From Azolla caroliniana (taxonomy: Eukaryota > Plantae > Polypodiophyta): a stretch of 64,000 nucleotides of DNA. Positions 14,685-26,250 of this stretch are shown piece after piece. Made by a program: the position numbers and the translations under genes. Numbering within the stretch: position 1 is the stretch's first letter; each line of letters begins with the position of its first letter. The notes under the pieces are model-generated. The model was not told the DNA's origin and did not search any database. It saw only the letters and a list, made by a program, of their open reading frames with translations. Where the stretch lies: the NCBI GenBank assembly GCA_043228905.1, contig JBHGNT010000003.1, positions 8,432,001-8,496,000 of the forward strand, read 5' to 3'.

Positions 14685-16746
14685 TGTCACATTCTAGACT
14701 TGAACCTTTGATTTTTAACACACACAATACATTGTGCTGTGTTAACCATATGGAAACTCTTGTCAACTATCCACATTCGATTGTGAACTTATATATATTG
14801 TAGAGTCTAGTGTATAGTACATTCGAGAATATTCTAGTCGTTAGTATATTCTAGAATTATTCTTTGGTATATTCTAAACGGGTATATTCTCGATTATATT
14901 CTCGAGATATTTCTTGAGTATATTCTAGAGATATTCAATCTCGGAAATTGTATAAATACTTGTAACATCCTTGGTTCCTTTTAGGGGATTCAGCACGAGT
15001 CATTGACACATCAATCTAATATTCTCGTTTTGCCTCATCTTTGTCTCTTGGATCATTATTTTTGTCTTCATGCCCTCATGTCGCTCACAACATCTAGCTC
15101 CAAGTTCATCCGTCGCTCATAGCCCCATCATCTGTGCTCCGTCCTAGTTTGCGCTTGGTGTGTCCGTGACAGTTGGAATCCCTTCCAACTGGGAGCACCA
15201 CCCGTCTTTGTCATCACCTTTGCTTCTAGAATTTCCATCATCATCGTCCTTGCTTCCGAAGCTACCATCATCAACATCCTTGTCTTCGATATCATCATTT
15301 TCAGCACCTCTTCGCCCAACCATCGTTGTCATCAACACTACTTGTCATCATTTTAAGGTATCATTTTGCATCACCTTCCCAATTCTGGTGGGGGTCACAA
15401 CCGCTCACTTTCCTGGTGGGGATCGGATCATTTCTTGCTTGCACTGCATTTTCGTTATAGTCCAAGTCTCGCGCCACTTTCTATTGGCGAGGACCGATTT
15501 CGATCGCTCACCTTCTAATTTCGGTAGGGGTCGCAACCGCTCACTTTCTTGGTGAGGATCACGTGGGTTTCTCGTTAGCGCTACTGTTTGTGCCGTGTCT
15601 TGGGTCAACCTCAACTATTTACCCTCTCATAATAGAAGAAGTCGAGTTGGCCGCTTCACTTGCACTCCTTCGCTCGTTGTTGTTCCAGTTCTCAGTGAGG
15701 GCCACATGGCCGCTCACGCCCATTGGTGTTCGTGTTCCAAGTCTCGGCGAGGACCGACGTGGTCTCCCATGCCCGTTGGTGTTCGTATTCCCTATGAGGA
15801 CCGCCCATGATCTCTCACTCCAACTATTGTTTGTGTTCCAGATCCTGGAGAGAACCGACATGGTTGCTCATGCTTGCTGTTCATGTTCCAGTTTCCGGTG
15901 AGGACCACACATGGTCACTCATGCCCGTTGGGGGTCGTGTTCCAACTCTCGGCGAGGACCGACATGGTCTCTCATGCCCGTTGGTGTTCGTGTTCCCTGT
16001 GAGGACCACACATGGTCACTCACGCCTGTTGGTATTCGTGGTATTTGTGTTCTAGTTCCTGACGAGGACCGCACATCGTCGCTCATGCCAGTTGGTGTTC
16101 AGTACCTCGTCTTCTGGAAGGGTTACTCCTTGTCTAGGATTTACAAAATACTTTGGAGGTGGTCTAAGATTTTCATCAATAGTATCCCGTTAAGCCAACC
16201 ATCGGTTTGGGAAAACAACGTAAGAGGGGGGATAATGTCACATTCTAGACTCAAACGTCTGATTTTTAACACACACAATACATTGTATTGTGTTAACCAT
16301 ATGGAAACTCTTGTGAACTATCCACATTCGATTGTGAACTTATATATATTGTAGAGTCTAGTGTGTAGTACATTCGAGAATATTCTAGTCGTTAGTATAT
16401 TCTAGAATTATTCTTTGGTATATTCTAAACGGGTATATTCTCGATTATATTCTCGAGATATTTCTTGAGTATATTCTAGAGATATTCAATCTCGGAAATT
16501 GTATAAATACTTGTAACATCCTTGGTCCCTTTCGGGGATTCAACACCAGTGATTGACACATCAATCTAGTATTCTCGTTTCACCTCATCGTTGTCTCCTT
16601 GATCATTATTTTTGTCTTCATGCCCCTCATGTCGCTCACAACATCTAGAGTTACTAGGCTCATCACATCTATCTCCAAGTTTATCCGTCGCTCGTAGCCC
16701 CATCATCTATGCTCTGTCCTAGTCTGCACTTGGTGTGTCCGTGATA
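14685..16746 (+). mobile_element. Element D: non-coding LTR element (TRIM/LARD-like); LTRs 14685-15171 and 16236-16746
   Basis: TSD GTAAA; PPT AAGAGGGGGG; TGTCAC..GTGACA ends. The internal ~1.06 kb has no retroelement ORF. Host RT frame DVK|LTF is restored on removal. Confidence 0.9.
15695..16101. repeat. Degenerate ~50-56-bp tandem array inside element D
   Basis: About 8 copies of GAGGACC(G)ACATGGTC.CTCATGCCCGTTGGTGTTCGTGTTCC. Confidence 0.85.
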
Positions 16747-18581
16747 GTAAAGTTGACATTCCTCCATGGAGACCTAGAAGAAGACATCTACATGTCTCAA
16801 CCGGTAGGCTTCTTAGCGACGGGGGGGGGAGAGTCACCTCGTATGTTGACTAAAGAAAAGCCTAAACGGCTTATAACAAGCGCCAAGGACTCCTACATCC
16901 GACAACTCGGCTACAACCAGTCCGACTCTGACCCATATTTATATACTTGGCAACTGGCTGACAAGTCCCTATACGTTAACGACATGCTGATATCAGGGAG
17001 CAATCAAGCCGAAATCGGATGACGAAAACTCTTCGGCTCTCCTAGTCTGACTACATCTAAAAGGTGCTTAGACGCTTTAATATGGAGAACGCGAAGCATG
17101 CACCAACACTACTTCCGACAATGATCCGACTATCGAATAGAGAATCTCCTTCAATGGATAAGGAGAGAGAGCTCAATGGAAAGATACCCTATCCATCGGC
17201 CGTAGGAAGTATCATGTACGCTATGGTGGCGACTCGACCCGATCTTGCATATGCCGTAGAGGTTGTTAGCCGGTACATGTCGAACCCATGACGGAAGCTT
17301 TGGGAGGTTGTCAAACACATATTCAGGTACCTAAGAGGGGCTGAAGATGCACAACTAACTTTTGGATTGACAAACTCGATCGAAGTCGAAGGGTACACTG
17401 ACTATGACTATGCCGGGAATTCGAACAATCGGAAGTTGACATCGGGCTACATCTTCACCTATGGTGGCAGTGCCATATCATGGAGGTTGAAACTTCAAGA
17501 GTGCATGACCCTTTCAACCATAGAGGCCGAGTACATAGCAACATCGAAGGCAACGAAGGAAGCGATCTGGCTGCATCGACTACATGCCGACTTCTTAGCA
17601 ACAAACCAAATCGACCGACCAACGCTGGCCATCTATTGTGATTCACAGAGTGCAATACACCTCATCAATAATACTGTTTATCATGCAAAGACAAAGCATA
17701 TTGAGGTAAGGTATCATCACATCCGGGAGCTAGTAACAGAAAAGAAGCTTGAATTCCGGAAGATTGACACCAACGCGAACATCGCCGATTGCTTGACGAC
17801 GCCACTCCTAGAACATCACTTCAGAGCATTAAGGACAAAGATGGGATTACGACAAGCGACAGAGCAGAAGAGTGCTAAATGAGGAGCATTAGGTAAGTCG
17901 AATACCTACCCGATCAGACGAACTGACAAGGCAAAGTCAAAAAAATCGGAGGCTGAAGACGCAACACTGAGTGAGGACACCGACTGGAGAGAAAATGATC
18001 AAAGGGCCAACGAACTTGAGATAGATCGAGGACCTAGCGAGGAGCGCAGGAGCAAGCTCTAGTAGGAGTCAGGAGAACACTTCGAATTGAACACAATTCG
18101 ACTTAGACTAGTCATTGTGACTGACTTAGACAAGCCAACCTAGATGACTAGGCGAATAAGGCTAGATACCAACTTTACCGCTGCTGGCTCGACTATATGC
18201 CAACTGACTTGTAACCATAACCTTAGTTTAAAACTGTAATCTAGGTTTACGATGGAGATAACCCCTTACCATTGTATGTAGAAAGAGTAGTCCTTTTACG
18301 GGGGAGTTTGTTGGCATAAAAGGCCGACTCCTTCCACCTTGTACCCTAGTGTGAACACGTCTTGAAGTTAGGGCTTGAGTATATAACCTCAACCCTAACA
18401 TTGTAACTATAATGATGTTGTATCTTGAGTCTTGTAGAGAGAGTTACAGAATAACAAGAACTTCCATTGAAGCTTCGATATCTGTCGATCTACTGTTTTC
18501 TTCTCGTGTTGCATATATGTGTCGTTTGTTGTTCACATGCTTACAGGTCCTCACACGTTCTTCCATGTATATCTGTTCACA

Positions 18582-21490
18582 TTGGCATCATGGTATTCCT
18601 TACCAACTCCGACTCCAACCCCCGATAATTCTGACCATCCAATCACTGAGGATCAGGCCAGTGAACCCGAAATGATTCAGGTAGAAGAAGAGGAAGAAGA
18701 GTTCGACACTCTGGAAGAGAGTCCGATTTCATTTCGGCTGAGTGGGATGAATGAAAGACTGAGTCGGATGATGAGCCAATGAGTAGTGGAGACTAGGCTG
18801 TGCTCTCCCCGAGCAAGGAACCGAGGAGATGGTTCACGTTGAAGGAAAAAGGGAAGAAGAAAATGCTGGAGTACGACACAAACAAGGAATAGTTGGATCC
18901 GAGTAAATCCGACTCCGGAAAGCATGAAGACGGACCTTCTGAAACGAAGTCCACGTCGGCCAAGAGGGCCCTAAAATTGACAAACGATAAGTTATGCCGA
19001 TCGACCCACCAAAAGAATCCCGTGAAGTGGTATGGTTATAACGAATACATGGCGCATCATTATGCATACATGATGAAAGTGGTGGAAGTGTGTGAGCTAG
19101 AGAGCTATGCAGAAGCGGCAAAAGATGCAAATTGGTGTGCCGCAATGTGGGAAGAGATGCGAGTGCTAATGGAGAACGAGACTTGGGACTTGGTTGATGC
19201 CCCCAAGGGCGTGAAGCCGATCAGATGTAAGTGGGTGTACAAGATCAAGTACAACGCCGACGGCTCCGTCAACTTGTGCAAGGCCTGGTTAGTGGCCAAG
19301 GGCTATGTTCAGCAACACGACATCAACTACGATGAGACGTTTGTGCCAGTCGCAAAGATGACGACCGTTGGTGTCTGGCTTGTGGTCGCCATGGCAAAGG
19401 GTTGGCATTTGCACTAGATGGATGTGAAGAACGCGTTCATGCAAGGAGAACTTGAGGAACATGTATACATGGGGCAACCACCCGGATTTCACTCTGGATT
19501 GAATTCATCGGCAATATGTTGATTGAAGAAGTTCCTTTACGGATTAAAGCAAGCCTCGCGTGCTGTGAATGCGAAGATCACATAACATCTATGTCGGATA
19601 GGGTTTGCTACATCCAAGTCAGACTCTTCACCTTCATTTGGCAAGGTTGGAATGGGCCGGCAAGTCTCTTACTTTATGTTGATGGTTTAGTCATCACCGA
19701 CATCGACCTAGAAATTGGCCCCGTAAAGTCTCAACTTGCGACATCATTTGAGATGAAGGACTTGGGGACCTTCACTACTTCCCCGGGATTGAAGTGATCC
19801 ACACCCCCGACAACATATTGTTGTCACAGAGACACTATGAGTTGAATATGTTGTTCAAGTTCAGCATGACGGATGTCCGACTAGTCTCAACACCCCTTGA
19901 CTAGAATCAGAAGCTACGTCCCGACTCCAGACCGGCCTGCAACGAGAAATGGTTCCGAAAAATTGTCGGAAGCCTTATATATCTCACTATCACCCGACCC
20001 GACATCAGCTATCCGGTCGGAGTGATCAGTCAGTTTATGTAGCGCCCAACCGTTGAGCACCTTTAGTGCGCGCATCGACTACTACGATACGTGAGTGGCA
20101 CGAAGGATTGGGAACCATTGTACCAACATGGTGTAATCGAACAATAGTCAGTTATACTGATTCCGACTGGGCCGGTGATGCGTCGGATTTTCGGTCAACA
20201 TTCAGCTTCATGATTTCTCTTGATAGCGCGATTGTTGCATGGAGCAGCAAGAAGAAGCTGCCATTAGCTATGTCGAGCACTGAGGCTGAGTACCAAGGAG
20301 CTACTGTCATGACCTGTGAAGCCATATGGCTTCGGCAGCTGCTGCAAGACCTCCAGATCGAAGTACCGATTCCGATCCCGATCTACTACGACAACATCAA
20401 CAACATGCAATTGGCCAAGAACCCTGTGTTCCATCCTCGCAAAAAGCACATAGAAGTGCATTATCACTTTGTGCGCGAGCGGGTCCTAAGTGGTGAAGTC
20501 AAACTTCAATATGTTCAAACGGATTGGTAGGTTGCCGACATCTTCACCAAGCCACTCGGATTGGACAAGTTGCAACACTTTTGGGAGATGCTTGGGCTAC
20601 AACATCTCAACGTGCCACACTTGAGGGGGAGAACCGGAACAGGAATCGGGAGAACAGGTAAAGGCACCGCAGTTCGAGAAAAGAAGAATGAAACCAAAAT
20701 AGGGGGAGACAAGGAGAAAAAGGGAGCCGAATCGACTGAAGAAGTCGGCACATCCGATAAAGTCGGAATGAGCGGTGCTGGTAGCAGAGTAAAGAAGGAC
20801 ATAGCTGACCGGAAGAAGGCCAAGAATCGAACATGGTTTGATGTTGTGAAGGGCCCGAAGACAAAGGATGAATTGAAGACAACCAATTCGAACAAGAGTG
20901 GGAACGAATCGTAGGCAGCTGATTTAGTCAGAATGTTCGATTCGGAGGAGCCGAATCACTTAAAGGACAAGCGGACAAGAAGGCAGCGAAAGTCGACACT
21001 GACACGGAGGAACCAATGGGTCGAAAAGCGCCGAAGTCACAACAACAAAGAAGCTGAGATGGGCCTAATGAGCAGACAAGCCGACTTAGAAGGTCGAGGT
21101 GCGCCGGACAGGACGAGTCGTGGAAAGCAAGATCGGACAAGACGAGGAGCTCGAGCAAGGTGTGAAGACACCAGTAGAAGTCGGAAGCAAGGACTGACAA
21201 AGTTAGACACCATGATCTGACCTGAAGTTGAGCTTGAGGAGGAGTGTTGAGCGGACAAGCTCAACATGATCCGGATCGGCGGAATAAGCCAAGAGTTGGA
21301 TCAGTGTCCGAAACAAAGGGCCGGATCGGTGTCCGAAACGGAGAGCCAGATCGGTGTCCAGATCTGAGTGTAATAGGTAGGCCGTTAGAGGCCTACGGTC
21401 CTAGCCTAGTACATAGGCATATTTTTGGGAGTTAGTATCAATCGCTCAGTACGAGCATTGAAGTACTTGTCAGTACTTCTGTCAGTCCTT
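18582..21490 (+). mobile_element. Copia-2 3' half (RT, RNase H, 3' extension; truncated 3' LTR from 21245)
   Basis: ENETWDLV..CKWVYKIKYNADGS; LLYVD; YTDSDWAGD; KHIEVHYHFVRE; PPT TTGAGGAGGAG followed by TGTTGAGC. Confidence 0.85.
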
Positions 21491-21599
21491 TTAAGGACTC
21501 GTATAAAAAGTGCAATGATGCACATTTGTATGTACAAAGTTCATAGAGTATTTTGAAAATAGAGTTTGTTGCTCTGCTCTTTTTGTCTCTCCCACGTGC

Positions 21600-22868
21600 T
21601 CTGTATGTGTGTGTTTCAAGCTTTCCATTAAACCTTAGTTCTGTTTTCTATTGCTATCGGGTTGAGCCGGTTGTGTCTACAAGCTTCCACACGCTATTTT
21701 CACAATGAGGTATCTTGTTGTGCAACATACTTCTTTGCATTATCTATATGCTTCTTTTTGTCTTTTAATGTTTGCATCCAAAAGATCCTCTGTTCATCTA
21801 CTAACTCATTATGCACTTGGTTTTTAGTCTCAATTGGAATTTGTTTTGCACCATAAACCATAGTAGATGGTATATGAAGCAAGAATTTGCAACTGCCTTG
21901 AGGCTCCCATTGTGGGGAAGAGGAATATTTCTTTACATGCGACAATGTACAACCGCTTATATCATTTTTCTTTATCAAGAAAACGTGGTTAAAGCTTATA
22001 TTGCTTAATTGGGCTAAAACTTAAGATTTCCCTCACCACAATTTGATATATATTTCTTAAAGTCATATATCTCTTTCCATTAAACCTTAGTTCTGTTTTC
22101 TATTGCTATCGGGTTGAGCCGGTTGTGTCTACAAGCTTCCACACACTATTTTCACAATGAGGTATCTTGTTGTGCAACATACTTCTTTGCATTATCTATA
22201 TGCTTCTTTTTGTCTTTCCCTCTGTATGTGTGTGTTTCAAGCTTTCCATTAAACCTTAGTTCTGTTTTCTATTGCTATAAGGTTGAGCCGGTTGTGTCTA
22301 CAAGCTTCCACACGCTATTTTCACAATGAGGTATCTTGTTGTGCAACATACTTCTTTGCATTATCTATATGCTTCTTTTTGTCTTTCCCTCTGTATGTGT
22401 GTGTTTCAAGCTTTCCATTAAACCTTAGTTCTGTTTTCTATTGCTATAAGGTTGAGCCGGTTGTGTCTACAAGCTTCCACACGCTATTTTCACAATGAGG
22501 TATCTTGTTGTGCAACATACTTCTTTGCATTATCTATATGCTTCTTTTTGTCTTTTAATGTTTGCATCCAAAAGATCCTCTGTTCATCTACTAACTCATT
22601 ATGCACTTGGTTTTTAGTCTCAATTGGAATTTGTTTTGCACCATAAACCATAGTAGATGGTATATGAAGCAAGAATTTGCAACTGCCTTGAGGCTCCCAT
22701 TGTGGGGAAGAGGAATATTTCTTTACATGCGACAATGTACAACCGCTTATATAATTTTTCTTTATCAAGAAAACGTGGTTAAAGCTTATATTGCTTAATT
22801 GGGCTAAAACTTAAGATTTCCCTCACCACAATTTGATATATATTTCTTAAAGTCATATATCTCTTTCA
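21600..22868. repeat. Near-identical complex tandem duplication X-Y-X'-X-X-Y (X ~169 bp, Y ~310 bp)
   Basis: Near-identical ORF translations at 21662/22114/22283/22452 and 21700/22490; only a few SNPs between copies. Confidence 0.9.
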
Positions 22869-24400
22869 AGTGGAACACTTTCGGATGACAGTGGCGTATA
22901 TGCGTCACATATGATGTCAAATAACTTCAGCAATGTGAAAGCATCATGTTTCGAGACAATTGTCTTTAGAATGTAGTAAACATCTGATCAATATGGTCAT
23001 GTGTGTGACAAACCAAAAGGAAGTTAACTTTCACTTTCCTAAACACTCCCTGCTCCACCAACATACTCAAATATCTGAAGACAGTTGAATTCTTATTCTC
23101 CCTCGTAGTATTATCTAGCTTAATGTCGACAACAAGGGGCAACGTGTGCCCCCATCACATCAAAACCCTCTAAATCACTGTAACTATTAAGTTGGGGTCA
23201 TTTTGGACATTCGGGTAAGTGATGAAGTCATGAGTTTTCTTACCCACCAAGTGCATTTGAACAAGACATTCGTCACTAACGTCTTTAGGAAGTGTCAAAA
23301 AATGAGGTAGACATGTCGTCTTTTCATCCATAGCATCGATCATTAAACACATGTATTGTTCTAGTTTCTTCAATGACTTCTCTCTATGGTGCATCACTTT
23401 ATTTCGTTCCAATGCTTGCGCTTTACGATGGTCCTGTAACAACTTCTTATTGATTCTCTTTTTCTTTGTTGTTTTTGCACCTTTAGCCATGTTCTTGAGG
23501 TTTGCGCATATTGAGCAATACCCCATTCTAACTTTTCGAGGTTATATAATTTAACGTTATTGTGCTGTCCACAATCTAGTTACCTATCTATAGGTGGTGT
23601 ATTTATCATTTGACATATTCATTTCTGATTTGTAGACATCGTATACTTCTCGCCGTGTGTAATTATTTGAGAGATGCTATCTACCTGTAGCTGGCATTAC
23701 TTCACTATTTATCTTGAAGTAGTTCTTCATCAAACCAACAACATGTCTTCTAGTTGCACTTTTCATACTTGGAATGTTGTCGTTATTAATAAATAGATCA
23801 CCATGGAGAACTCATTGTTGTACTCTATGTAATCTCATATTATTAACACATAATGAAATTTTAAATGGAACTTTGCAACATTGTTGTGTATCGAAGATAT
23901 AATACTCAAAAGAGATTGAGATGTCTGTTGATATGTTGGAAATCATCTGCATGTGTGATTATAGATAAGTGTCTCGCTCATCACCAATGAGTGAAAAATA
24001 GTAACACCTCAATGCACGTAACTTATACTTTCCAATCATGGACATGCACCCACATGCACAACATAATTTGTTGACATCTAATGTGAGTTGTTTGTTTGAT
24101 GTTACTAGGTCGTACCTATCTTGACGTATTTGACGTGTAACCCTCCTTAAATGCATGAAAATTGACAACTAGATGTCTTCTACACATACATTTGTAACCT
24201 CATTTAACTCGTCCATGTGGATATGTGCACGACCTTGGCCATCTGTGGTAGCCTGATTGGCATGCCCTTCATTGAGTGTATCCACATTGTAGTCGTACTC
24301 TTCAACGGAGAACTCGTGGTTTAGCTCGATACTTTTTGCTGACTGAGGAGATGATAGGCCTACGCAATATTCCTCAATAGAAAATAGTGAACATGTTGAC
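21700..24400 (-). pseudogene. Decayed DDE transposase, Sola/DUF7869-like
   Basis: Fragments CCACGC..RCYYFSL..ERDTYL; GYCSIC..HRKAQ; LMIDAMDE..LPHF; LDNTTRENKNS..FRKVKVNFLLVCHTHDHIDQMF. Family assignment is from recalled motifs. Confidence 0.6.
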
Positions 24401-25054
24401 ATAGAATTTTCGTCAACAGAAAATGGTGAGGCCTGACTCGTGTCTCCTTCAATAGTCGTTTCTCTGAAATCACATTCTCTTGTTCAAATGAGGTCCGACT
24501 TGCCTAATATAAGAGACCATGCTTATATTAAACGTGCATTTAAACTAGTAATTAAGTTCATGTGCCTCTAACTTAACTAACACCTCTTATAATTAACACT
24601 AACTATAACTAAAACTAATGATAAATATAACTAACACTACATGTAACTAACCAAAACTATAACTTAGTAACCCTAACTAATCATACTATCCCTAACTAAA
24701 CGCTTGTGCCCTATAAATAAAAGGGACCTTTCTTTTACACAGAGCATAGAGCAGAGCGTGAACATAGAGCACAAAGCACAGAGCAAACCATAGAGTGTGG
24801 AGTAGAGCACAGAGACAAGAAGAGAACACATAGCACAGAGCGAGGAGATCGACCAATGTCAACACAACACATAGTAGCCAAAAACCCCACATTACATGAA
24901 GGAAGCAGACAATACGACAACAATGTCAAGCAAGAGGACTGAGCGTACGGATTCTAGGTGAGTCCATGGCCAACTGTATGGACATCTTAGACCATACTGC
25001 CCCTAACTCACTTAAACATGACAAGGAACAACCAAATTTGGCCCATAGAGATAG

Positions 25055-25215
25055 AACTCGATACCTTGTATTGATTTGAAGTTACTCTTAGTCGATACAA
25101 AGTATCAAGTTTTTTACACATCTCTACCAACTCGATACAAAGTATCGAGTTGGTTTCGTAAACATGATTTTATACTAAAACTTCATACTTTGTGTCGAGT
25201 TTTTTACACTCCTAA
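25055..25215. repeat. Palindromic subterminal repeats, likely an end of the Sola-like element
   Basis: Perfect hairpin ACTCGATAC-AAA-GTATCGAGT at 25130-25150, plus related copies near 25057, 25092 and 25185. Confidence 0.6.
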
Positions 25216-25240
25216 ATTGTACTAAAAATTGATAATGTAT

Positions 25241-25670
25241 CGACTTGTCTTCTGATGATCAACACATCTTGCATCATCTCCTTCCACAAGGCAAAGTTTT
25301 TGTCATCAAACTTTCTGATCTCAACTCTTGTACCGGATGTTGAAGACATGTTCTGTAGGAAGTAAGATTTGATTGACCTGGTCTTTTCTTTCAAATGTGG
25401 GGTTTCCTCTTCTTGACTTTTCTGCCATTCGTCGCCGCCGAACAATAGGTCTCTCTGATACCAGTTGTGAACAGATATACGTGGAAGAACGTGTGAGGAC
25501 CTATAAGTATGTGAACAACAAACAACACAAGTATGCAACACGAGAAGAAAACAATAGATCGACATAGATCGAAGCTTCAATGGAAGTTCTTGTTATTCTG
25601 TAACTCTCTCTCTACAAGACTCAAGGTACAAGAGGATTATAGTTACAACGTTAGGGTTGAGCTTATATTG
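25241..25670 (-). mobile_element. 5' fragment of a Copia-1-family element: partial LTR 25466-25670, tRNA-iMet PBS, gag N-terminus
   Basis: The LTR is the reverse complement of 18381-18581 (~92% identical by eye); PBS TGGTATCAGAG; MSSTSGTRVEIRKFDDKNFALWKEMMQDVL. Confidence 0.88.
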
Positions 25671-25799
25671 CCTAACCCCCCCCCCCCCCCCCTAAAAAAA
25701 GGCATAGTTACTCTTCCTTCTTTCTCTTTCTTCTTCCTCAAGTTTCCAATCAATACTGTGGATTCCTTTTTCTTTTACATGATGTCTTAGGCAATGGGG

Positions 25800-26023
25800 A
25801 GGGTCGGTGGTGGCTGCTGGGTGCCGCCACTGGAGGAGGAGGACTTGAAAGTGACTTTTCCCCCATAGTAGCACTTGAAAGTGACTATTCTATTGTCACT
25901 ATGCTTATCCACCACAACAATTATATTTTGAGCACGGAAATGATCCTTGATAAAACTGATTAGAGCCCCTCTCTCAGTGAAGGTTCTATTGATAATTGAA
26001 GCTGAAGACGGTTGGGGAGACAT
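25800..26023 (-). pseudogene. Possible MULE/FAR1-type transposase N-terminal fragment
   Basis: FTERGALISFIK..NIIVVVDKHSDNRIVTFKCYYGGK resembles the MULE N-terminal DNA-binding pattern. Confidence 0.4.
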
Positions 26024-26029
26024 GTTGTG

Positions 26030-26250
26030 AAGCCAAAATGGGGGATTAGCAAAACTACCAGAAATTTGGGGGGCAAAATAGCCAAAATGTTGAGAAGTAC
26101 CAGAAATTTGGGGGGCAAAATAACCAAAATGTTGAGGACTACCAAAAATTTGGGGGGCAAAATAGCCAAATTGTTGAGAACGACCAGAAAATTGAGGGGC
26201 AAAATAGCCAAAATGTTGAGAACTACTAGAAATTTGGGGGGCAAAATGGA
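26030..26250. repeat. 42-bp minisatellite (~5 copies), followed by poly-G tracts
   Basis: Unit ACCAGAAATTTGGGGGGCAAAATAGCCAAAATGTTGAGAACT. Confidence 0.9.

Larger units (their letters stand above)
8607..18581 (+). mobile_element. Copia-1: degenerate, 5'-truncated Ty1/Copia (Tork/Tnt1-like), interrupted by elements A and D; 3' LTR 18309-18581
   Basis: Gag LLSLPASWEVF and CTHCRKAGHNISDC knuckle; protease LDFGATFH|VTPN; GAG-pre-integrase LWHGRLGH; integrase SDNGGEY; RT DVK|LTFLHGDLEEDIYM; RNase H YCDSQSAI..KHIEVRYH. PPT GGGGGAGTT precedes TGTTGGC...TTCACA. Many stops. Confidence 0.9.

Noticed and set aside
18582-18600. PBS-like TTGGCATCATGGTAT after the Copia-1 LTR, implying a 5' LTR
   Set aside because: It reads LASWYSLP, the post-integrase region of Copia-2, and the LTR is preceded by a PPT, so it is a 3' LTR.
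21490-25215. TIR pair delimiting the Sola-like element
   Set aside because: Similarity between the ends (AGGACTCGTATAAAAA versus AGGAGTGTAAAAAA) is too weak and no TSD was identified.
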